Assembly (NCBI GenBank): GCA_964594555.1
Contig: CAZQMT010000004.1
Span: 6,917 to 47,129 of the forward strand
Source: an uncultured Vicinamibacterales bacterium
GTDB lineage: Bacteria; Acidobacteriota; Vicinamibacteria; Vicinamibacterales; CAZQMT01
Length of the DNA stretch: 40,213 bases
Reading direction: 5' to 3'
How positions within the stretch are numbered: position 1 is the first letter of the stretch; each line of letters begins with the position of its first letter. Of the stretch, positions 33,794 through 40,213 are shown one piece after another. The notes beneath the pieces were generated by a model, which saw nothing but the letters and a program-made list of their open reading frames with translations, searched no databases and was not told the origin of the DNA. A program made the translations under genes and the position numbers.

Positions 33794-35629
33794 GTGACTT
33801 TTCTTGGAATTTCTGCCTTCTATCATGATAGTGCAGCTTGTCTTGTCCGAGATGGAGATGTAGTTGCGGCAGCGCAAGAAGAACGGTTTACACGTTGTAA
33901 ACACGACGCAAGTTTTCCCGTTAATGCTGTACGCTACTGCCTTGCTGAAGGCCAATTAAATCTTAGCGATGTTGATTATGTAGTGTTCTACGATAAGCCG
34001 TTCATTAAATTTGAACGACTATTGGAGACTTATATTGGATTCGCTCCTCGTGGGTATCGAACGTTTCATATGGCGATGCCTCTTTGGCTTCGAGAGAAGT
34101 TATTTCAGAGACGTTTTCTCGGTAATGAACTCAAGAAAATAAACGATAAATTTGATGCTGAGGACCAACTATTGTTCACTGAGCATCATTTGAGTCATGC
34201 GGCGAGTGCTTTCTTCCCGTCGCCTTTTCAGGAGGCCGTTGTTTTAACGATGGATGGGGTGGGCGAGTGGGCTACCACGACGGTAGCGAACGGTTTTGGT
34301 AATCAGCTTAAAATTTTTAAGGAAATCCACTTCCCGCATTCGTTGGGCTTGCTCTACTCAGCCTTTACTTACTACACAGGTTTTAGGGTTAATTCTGGTG
34401 AGTATAAATTAATGGGACTTGCTCCTTACGGGCGTCCAAGATTTGTAAAAAAAATTCTCGACAACCTCTTAGACCTGAAAGAGGATGGTTCATTTCATTT
34501 GTCCATGTCGTATTTTAACTACTGTACGGGTTTGACGATGACCAGTAGTAAATTCGATGAATTATTTGGTGTGCCTGCCAGAAAGTCATCAGGAATTCTG
34601 ACTCAGCACTATATGGATGTTGCTGCCTCGATTCAAGCTGTCCTCGATGAAATCGTGCTTCGCATAACTCGTAGTTTAGCGTTAGAAACTGGCTCGAAGA
34701 ACTTGTGTTTAGCAGGAGGAGTTGCACTTAACTGCGTTACAAATGGAAAAATTAGGCGTGATGGCCGATTTGATAAAATTTGGGTACAACCTGCAGCAGG
34801 AGATGCTGGCGGCGCTCTGGGTGCTGCTCTGTCTGCTCACTATCTTTATACCGGCCACGACCGACACTTGAACGGCCCTGGAATCGATAGTATGCGAGGC
34901 TCTTATTTAGGGCCGTCATATTCACAAAAAACAATTGAGGAGTATCTTCTGGCTGTTGGGGCCAAATTTAAGGTGTGCGCTAGTTCTGATCTAATTAATG
35001 AATGTGTCAAGGCGCTGAAGGACGGCAAAGCTCTTGGCTGGTTTCAGGGACGGATGGAATTTGGTCCTCGAGCGCTTGGTGCACGTTCGATTCTAGGAGA
35101 TGCGCGATCACCTAAGATGCAGTCGGTGCTTAATCGGAGAGTCAAGCGACGGGAATCTTTTCGCCCGTTCGCTCCAGCTATACTTCGTGAAGATGTTGAT
35201 GATTGGTTCGACTTGGATATTGATAGTCCTTACATGTTGTTTGTTGAAAAGGTGAAAGCTGAGCGTTGTACAATCTTGTCTTCAGACGAAAAACACTTGA
35301 GTGGTATCGAGAAGCTTAATGTATCGAGATCTGAGATCCCCGCAGTTACTCACGTTGATTATTCGTCAAGGGTTCAGACGGTTCACCGGGAGACTAACCC
35401 ACGGTTCCATGATCTCCTCCGTGCTTTTAAGGAGCTAACTGGATGTCCAGTGCTTGTTAATACAAGCTTCAACCGACGAGGAGAACCAATCGTGTGCACG
35501 CCTGAGGACGCTTTCCGTTGCTTTATGGAAACCGACATCGAAGCATTGGCGATCGGTGATTGTTATCTTCGTAAGGAAGCTCAAGACGCCGTTTTTCACA
35601 AAGGACATACTTCTAGTCTCATGGACTAA
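33794..35629 (+). CDS. NodU/CmcH-family carbamoyltransferase
   Basis: 611 aa. The N-terminus is FLGISAFYHDSAACLVRDGDVVAAAQEERFTR. It also has HHLSHAASAF, LAGGVALNCV and VLVNTSFNRRGEPIV. The start is GTG. Confidence 0.9.
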   Translation: MTFLGISAFYHDSAACLVRDGDVVAAAQEERFTRCKHDASFPVNAVRYCLAEGQLNLSDVDYVVFYDKPFIKFERLLETYIGFAPRGYRTFHMAMPLWLREKLFQRRFLGNELKKINDKFDAEDQLLFTEHHLSHAASAFFPSPFQEAVVLTMDGVGEWATTTVANGFGNQLKIFKEIHFPHSLGLLYSAFTYYTGFRVNSGEYKLMGLAPYGRPRFVKKILDNLLDLKEDGSFHLSMSYFNYCTGLTMTSSKFDELFGVPARKSSGILTQHYMDVAASIQAVLDEIVLRITRSLALETGSKNLCLAGGVALNCVTNGKIRRDGRFDKIWVQPAAGDAGGALGAALSAHYLYTGHDRHLNGPGIDSMRGSYLGPSYSQKTIEEYLLAVGAKFKVCASSDLINECVKALKDGKALGWFQGRMEFGPRALGARSILGDARSPKMQSVLNRRVKRRESFRPFAPAILREDVDDWFDLDIDSPYMLFVEKVKAERCTILSSDEKHLSGIEKLNVSRSEIPAVTHVDYSSRVQTVHRETNPRFHDLLRAFKELTGCPVLVNTSFNRRGEPIVCTPEDAFRCFMETDIEALAIGDCYLRKEAQDAVFHKGHTSSLMD

Positions 35630-35654
35630 TTAGGAAATTTGCTTTCAAGGTTCA

Positions 35655-36869
35655 TCACTTAGCCTCTGTCATCGCCTGAAGTTCTTCGAAGGTTAGATTG
35701 AGAATTTGATAGTTTCTCCAGTCCCGGTAGTCGAAATGCCACCATTCGACTTCGTTCACCGTAACCCCTTCTGTTTCCATCACATCTCTCAGAAGTTCGC
35801 GGTGCCAGCGTTGACGGGACGTACCGCCTGGGTAGTTAGGGTAAGAACGTTCGGAGAATTCATCATAACCTCCGACCATTGGCACGGCATCTCCGGTCGC
35901 CAGATCGTATAAGGTCAGATCGACGGCACAACCACGGTTGTGTCTAGATCCATTGGCTGGATTGGCCACAAAAATCTTTTGTTTTTGTGGTGTTGCATCG
36001 AAAAACATTTTAGTGCGGTGCCAAGGACGATAGGCGTCGTGGATGAGTAGCCCATAACCTAATTTTTTGAGAGAACGATGAGCTCGAAGTAGAGCCTCGG
36101 CTGCCGGACGTTGCATGAAAGCGAGAGGTTGTTGGTAGAATACCTCGCCCATAAAGTTGTTGGTTGTCGCATAACGAATATCTAGCTTGATATTGGGGTC
36201 TAATTTTGACAAGTCCATAAGGTTCGGGCGTTCAAATTTTCCGTCCTCAAGAGGGGGATGAGCAGTAAGTGAGCTTTCGCGTAACTCATCGATTGGTCTC
36301 AGTGGAACAATTCGGAAAGTTTTTCCCTTTTCAGTTCCAATGGGGCGACGTTTGAACACTGTATCAGTGAAGGTTAATTGATAGGCTGATCCCTCCGCAT
36401 TTCGTTCGAACATGAGTGCTTCACCTTGGTACAAGCTTTTTTCAGAAAATGTGAATACTTCGCTCGAGATTTCCTGAAGGGGATAGATACGGGTCTCTTT
36501 AATAAGTGTATAAAGTTGGCCTTTATGTTCGAGGATGTGTAAGACGTTGTCGGCTGGTCCGTATTCTCCAATGAGACCTTCCCATCGGTCGGGAATGATA
36601 TCAGGAGGTGGAATACGTATTTCGTTGTCAATGAAGTCGGCGAGTTTTTTAGTGGGGTCTAGTTCGTTCGAACCACTGGTTGCCTGTTTGAAGGCTTGTG
36701 TATGGCTGTCATAGACTCCCAGTGTTGTGACGAAAAAAACAGCCGCACTCGTAAGCAATATCTGGCTGAAGGGGGTTCTCTTTTGATAATTCTGTTGTTT
36801 ACTTCGTGTCATCTGTGTCCTTTGATTTGGCATGATAACTCCTGCGGTCTGTACCACGCCGGATACCAA
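35655..36869 (-). CDS. VanX/DdpX-type (M15D) D-alanyl-D-alanine dipeptidase with about 200-aa N-terminal extension
   Basis: The C-domain has YRPWHRT, GSRHNRGCAVDLTL (zinc His/Asp) and EWWHFDY. The N-terminal half has a TM/signal segment and a repeat-less beta-rich domain. The true start is uncertain, with alternative ATGs at 36833 and 36812. Confidence 0.85.
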   Translation of the reverse strand: MVSGVVQTAGVIMPNQRTQMTRSKQQNYQKRTPFSQILLTSAAVFFVTTLGVYDSHTQAFKQATSGSNELDPTKKLADFIDNEIRIPPPDIIPDRWEGLIGEYGPADNVLHILEHKGQLYTLIKETRIYPLQEISSEVFTFSEKSLYQGEALMFERNAEGSAYQLTFTDTVFKRRPIGTEKGKTFRIVPLRPIDELRESSLTAHPPLEDGKFERPNLMDLSKLDPNIKLDIRYATTNNFMGEVFYQQPLAFMQRPAAEALLRAHRSLKKLGYGLLIHDAYRPWHRTKMFFDATPQKQKIFVANPANGSRHNRGCAVDLTLYDLATGDAVPMVGGYDEFSERSYPNYPGGTSRQRWHRELLRDVMETEGVTVNEVEWWHFDYRDWRNYQILNLTFEELQAMTEAK

Positions 36870-36977
36870 CTGCTGTTCTAAACAATCTCACCTTACTGCG
36901 CCCACTAGGGTGAGGTTAACTGTGCTATTCTGCAACCCCGCGCGCGAATTAGTAACGATTCATAAGAGATTGGTTCA

Positions 36978-37886
36978 ATGATGCTAATAAAATTCTACGC
37001 TTTGGTGATTGGATTTGTCGTACTTTTTTTTACTTGGGTTAATGTTGCGGCCCAGACTACGACAAAGGATGCCTTTCGGATGAAATTTGAGACAAGAGTG
37101 CACGATATCGTCAAGGATTTCGATGGGGTGATTGGACTTTCACTTAAAGACTTAACTACGGGCGAGTCCCTCTCAGTCAATGGGGATGTGGTCTTCACGC
37201 AGGCGAGCACGATAAAGCTACAGATTTTGGTTGAATTACTTAAACAGGTGAATGAGGGACGGTTCTCGCTCGATGACTCTATAACCATGACGGAATCTGA
37301 CCTAACTGTAGGTAGTGGTGTTCTTAGGTATCTGTCACCGGATGCTGTAATCATGACGGTCAGAGACGTAGCGACATTAATGATTATTGCAAGTGACAAC
37401 ACTGCGACCAACATAATGATCGACATGGTGGGCATGGAAAATGTTAACCGCACCATGCGAGAACTTGGTTTCACTGAGACGAAGTTACAGAGAAAAATGA
37501 TGGATACGTTGGCTTGGAAAGAAGGCCGGGAAAACCTTTCCACTCCACACGAAGTAACTAGTCTGTTGGCGATGATTTACGAAGCGGAGATACTGGACCG
37601 AGGCAGTTGTGAAGAGCTTCTCAGGATTCTAAGCATTCCGAAAGGTGGTGCTATTCGGACACGCTTGCCGGAGGATGTCCGCATTGCCCACAAGACCGGT
37701 GGGGTCGGCGGTGTGCAAGTAGATGCCGGGATTGTCTATCTTGAGAACAAGTCATTTGTTATCGCGGTGATGACGAATTGGATTGACAATTCAGAAAATG
37801 CGAGGGAAGTGATGTCTGAAATTTCCCTTGTTACATATAATTATTTCAATCGTCTTTCACAATCAAATGAGTACGGTCATCGGTGA
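36978..37886 (+). CDS. Class A beta-lactamase-family serine hydrolase (intact paralogue)
   Basis: It has a signal-like N-terminus, S-x-x-K (ASTIKL), SDN (ASDNTATN) and KTG (HKTGGVGG). Confidence 0.8.
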   Translation: MMLIKFYALVIGFVVLFFTWVNVAAQTTTKDAFRMKFETRVHDIVKDFDGVIGLSLKDLTTGESLSVNGDVVFTQASTIKLQILVELLKQVNEGRFSLDDSITMTESDLTVGSGVLRYLSPDAVIMTVRDVATLMIIASDNTATNIMIDMVGMENVNRTMRELGFTETKLQRKMMDTLAWKEGRENLSTPHEVTSLLAMIYEAEILDRGSCEELLRILSIPKGGAIRTRLPEDVRIAHKTGGVGGVQVDAGIVYLENKSFVIAVMTNWIDNSENAREVMSEISLVTYNYFNRLSQSNEYGHR

Positions 37887-37912
37887 GAGGTGATCGTCGC
37901 ATGTAGGTCTGG

Positions 37913-37934
37913 AAAACCATCAAAGAGTTGATGG
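37913..37934 (-). terminator. Possible intrinsic terminator of the symporter gene
   Basis: On the minus strand it reads CCATCAA-CTCT-TTGATGG followed by TTTT, starting 8 nt after the stop at 37942. The stem is only 7 bp and AT-rich. Confidence 0.35.
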
Positions 37935-37941
37935 CACGAGC

Positions 37942-39408
37942 TCAGGCCCTAACGAAAAGTTCGACATGTGTTTTGTCCATTGGTCGACCTGTTAGCGAAA
38001 CAACGACCATCGTTACGATATTTGCTGCGATGCCCCAAACACCTGGATGGATGCCTTGCCATTGTAAGCTTGGGGCGATGTTCCAGACGAGGGTAACGAG
38101 ACATCCTGCGATGAGACCGCCTAGGACACCAGTCGGCGTGGAGCGTGGCCAGTACAGTGCAGCAATGACAACCGGAAAAATCTGTGCGATGGCACCGTAC
38201 GAGAGCAACAGCAAATAAACGAGTGAAAGATCTGAATAAATGGCGAAGTAGTAAGCAACAGCACCGACTGCGATAACCAAAAACCTGATTAGTTTGGTTT
38301 CGGAATGGTCATCAAGGTTTTTCCTGACAAGTACCTTGTAGAGATCTTTGACCAATATTGAAGCAGCGGCATGCACAATTGCGTCGCCCGTGGACATTGA
38401 AGCAGCTAGGGCACCAGCACAGACCAGTCCCACGACGATAGCGGGGAGTACCATCGATGTGCCGATCGTTGGAAGTATCGCCTCAACGGGGTGCCCGTTT
38501 CGAAATGCGAGTATTCCTGCGAATCCGATAAAAAGGATTGGTAGAAGAAAGATCTGGAAGGTCGGATAGAAAATGACAGTTTGTTTCAGTGTACGGATAT
38601 CACGTGCCGTATAGATTTTCATGAAATAGTGTGGCCAAACACTGAAACCTAGAGCAGAAATCACGATGGCGCTCGAATACCCACCCCAAGTCCACGGGTC
38701 ACCGGTTGCGTTAAGGCCTGGTGCTTGTAGCATCTCTGGTACGGTGTTTGCGAGTTTTTGAAACATAGGGCCAATGCCACCGTGGAGCTTGTAAGGAAGG
38801 TAAAGTCCTAAGCACCACGCCAGGGCCATCATGAGAATTCCCTGAAATGTGTTGGTCCACGCTACTCCCATTACACCACTGCGAAACACGTAGATTAGGA
38901 CCACGCCATAAGCGAGCATTGCTCCAGCCCAGACTGGCATTCGGCCTTCGGTTACCACGGAGAAAACGTAACCAGCCCCCTGCATTTGCAGCGTCAGGTA
39001 AGGAATAAAGGCCACTAAACTAATTATGGCGAGGAGGGCGGATATGTACCGGCTACGATACCTGTGTGCAAATAGTTCAGCTTGTGTGACGTAACCAAAT
39101 TTTCTACCGAGTTTGGCAACTTGAGGTCCAAAGATGTACCAAGGTACAAGGCCGATCATTGTGTAGGAAATAATATAGAAGGCCGCCGCACCTCTTGAGT
39201 AAGCCCAACCGGGTCCGCCGAGAAACGCGAAGGCGCTGAAAATAGATGAACCCATGATGAAGTACAGAACTAAAAACCCGATTGTTCGGTTTCCTGCAAC
39301 ATAACTCTCTGGATTAGCGGACGTGTTTCGACCAGAAAGGAGTCCAATGAGCAGCGATAAAACTAGATAACCAGTAGTTATGATGAAGACGATTATCCAG
39401 TAATCCAT
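37942..39408 (-). CDS. Sodium:solute symporter family (SSF) transporter
   Basis: About 488-aa polytopic ORF with an SSF-like pattern (MDYWIIVFIITTGYLVLSLLIGLLSG...). The ATG at 39408 overlaps the stop of the upstream small ORF (TAATG). The ORF-track extension to 39561 overlaps that ORF. Confidence 0.85.
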   Translation of the reverse strand: MDYWIIVFIITTGYLVLSLLIGLLSGRNTSANPESYVAGNRTIGFLVLYFIMGSSIFSAFAFLGGPGWAYSRGAAAFYIISYTMIGLVPWYIFGPQVAKLGRKFGYVTQAELFAHRYRSRYISALLAIISLVAFIPYLTLQMQGAGYVFSVVTEGRMPVWAGAMLAYGVVLIYVFRSGVMGVAWTNTFQGILMMALAWCLGLYLPYKLHGGIGPMFQKLANTVPEMLQAPGLNATGDPWTWGGYSSAIVISALGFSVWPHYFMKIYTARDIRTLKQTVIFYPTFQIFLLPILFIGFAGILAFRNGHPVEAILPTIGTSMVLPAIVVGLVCAGALAASMSTGDAIVHAAASILVKDLYKVLVRKNLDDHSETKLIRFLVIAVGAVAYYFAIYSDLSLVYLLLLSYGAIAQIFPVVIAALYWPRSTPTGVLGGLIAGCLVTLVWNIAPSLQWQGIHPGVWGIAANIVTMVVVSLTGRPMDKTHVELFVRA

Positions 39409-39638
39409 TAGCGGGGACCGTCCTCGTTGGTGCTTAAGAGGTAGTGGAAGATCAGCAGGCCAAAGAAGGTGATTGCTACCAGCACCATTTGGTAGAAGAG
39501 CGAGAACGGCATTCCTAATACGAAAGGAAAGATGCTGTTGAAAATTGGGTAGATTGGCCAAAGCGTTGCAAGAAAAACCGCTGCAAAAAAGAGCACGAAT
39601 ATACGGGAGTTCCTAGTTGGCTTGTTTGTTGATTTCAC
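39408..39638 (-). CDS. Small two-helix membrane protein, DUF3311-like partner of the SSF transporter
   Basis: 76 aa with two hydrophobic helices, translationally coupled to the symporter. The family name is from memory of similar symporter-associated ORFs. Confidence 0.5.
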   Translation of the reverse strand: MKSTNKPTRNSRIFVLFFAAVFLATLWPIYPIFNSIFPFVLGMPFSLFYQMVLVAITFFGLLIFHYLLSTNEDGPR

Positions 39639-39812
39639 TTAGAGCCCTCCACTATTACGTGGGTTCGTAGGTACATTTAAACACAAATTTGAGCAGATAC
39701 AGGCATTACAATGCTTCTTTAGCCGAGACTTTAGTTGTGGTACTAATTTTCATTGGTAGGAAGTTGCACTAGATGTTGATCTATAAAACACGTGAAACTA
39801 GTGGAGAGACTA

Positions 39813-40213
39813 ATGCTGAAACAATCTGAACGGGGAGTTTTTGCAATTGTAGGTTTTCTGGGTCTGGTCGGATTGTTGTCGGTAGAGGCATACCGCTCTG
39901 ATATTCCCGTTACGAAAGACTCGATCGGGTCGCTGATTGATGTTGTTGAACATCTGGAACATGTCGGTGAAATTGTTGGCGCGCAAGTACTCGTTGGTCA
40001 TGGCGACAGAGTGCTTGCCGAGAAATATATTGGTGTTGTGGCACCAGATCGCCAGACGCGTGTAGATGCGGAGACCATGTTCTGTATTGGGTCGACTTCA
40101 AAACCTTTTACTTCAACAGTTGCGATGAGCTTAGTTGACGATGGTGTACTTGAGCTGGATCGTACTATTGATGTGTGGTTGCCACAGTTCGGTGCTGTTG
40201 AAGTTGTTGCGGG
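39813..40213 (+). CDS. Serine hydrolase, class C beta-lactamase / PBP4-like family (5' partial, runs off the window)
   Basis: Hand-translated: MLKQSERGVFAIVGFLGLVGLL...ETMFCIGSTSKPFTSTVAMSLVDDGVLELDRTI. S-x-x-K is STSK. It is not in the ORF track because there is no stop before the window end. Confidence 0.75.
   Translation, partial: MLKQSERGVFAIVGFLGLVGLLSVEAYRSDIPVTKDSIGSLIDVVEHLEHVGEIVGAQVLVGHGDRVLAEKYIGVVAPDRQTRVDAETMFCIGSTSKPFTSTVAMSLVDDGVLELDRTIDVWLPQFGAVEVVA

Noticed and set aside
39409-39561. N-terminal extensions proposed by the ORF track (SSF transporter to 39561; also 13068, 17301, 25003, 26956, 6263, 32888)
   Set aside because: The extensions overlap neighbouring genes or AT-rich non-coding sequence. 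Internal ATG codons with SD-like sequences or stop/start coupling give N-termini that match the families better.
29515-40213. Beta-lactamase/VanX cluster as a horizontally acquired antibiotic-resistance island
   Set aside because: There are no transposase, integrase or plasmid genes, and no flanking repeats. The VanX-type gene has no vanH/vanA/vanR/vanS partners. Composition looks similar to the rest of the window by eye, though I did not compute it.

Overview
This reads as ordinary bacterial chromosome: about 40 protein genes and one tRNA-Glu(CUC). I saw no rRNA, CRISPR array, transposase, integrase or phage gene. A VWA protein of the type I associate with Acidobacteria (17382-18290) hints at an Acidobacteriota-like origin, but that is inference only.

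Layout from left to right:
- 61-2201: a TPR protein and a CusF-like/cyclophilin fusion lipoprotein.
- 2351-5273: an LtaS/sulfatase-like membrane protein and an extended CDP-alcohol phosphatidyltransferase.
- 5280-10049: a tightly packed five-gene minus-strand operon. In transcription order it encodes a GTP cyclohydrolase II-RibD_C fusion, an MDR dehydrogenase, a PTPS/QueD-like T-fold protein without the catalytic Cys, a GT4 glycosyltransferase and a SAM methyltransferase. This is my best candidate for an undescribed system: a GTP-derived, glycosylated and methylated small molecule, possibly tied to the adjacent lipid head-group genes.
- 10210-17205: a metal locus. It holds a porin / CuA-type cupredoxin / DUF1111 di-haem operon, a divergent DtxR regulator, a membrane-anchored DtxR-like protein with two FeoA domains, and a split FeoB.
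- 17382-22341: a VWA protein, gamma-glutamyltranspeptidase, and a divergent proline-racemase-family / ornithine-cyclodeaminase-family pair.
- 22418-22492: tRNA-Glu.
- 22576-28721: an M23 peptidase, a cupredoxin lipoprotein, ctaA, ctaB and an ABC-2 transporter.
- 28787-40213: a Cys-rich secreted protein, two class A beta-lactamase homologues, a Tat-signal amidase, msrA, an SxtJ-like / DUF5989-like / carbamoyltransferase trio, an extended VanX-type dipeptidase, a sodium:solute symporter with a small partner, and a partial class C-type serine hydrolase.

Three otherwise intact genes carry single lesions:
- An in-frame TAA in the M23 peptidase.
- A 47-nt insertion bounded by perfect 18-nt direct repeats in ctaA.
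- An in-frame TGA in a class A beta-lactamase, at a position that aligns with a Ser in its in-window paralogue.

All family calls come from motifs read by eye in the supplied translations. No database search, HMM, GC calculation or RNA folding was run.
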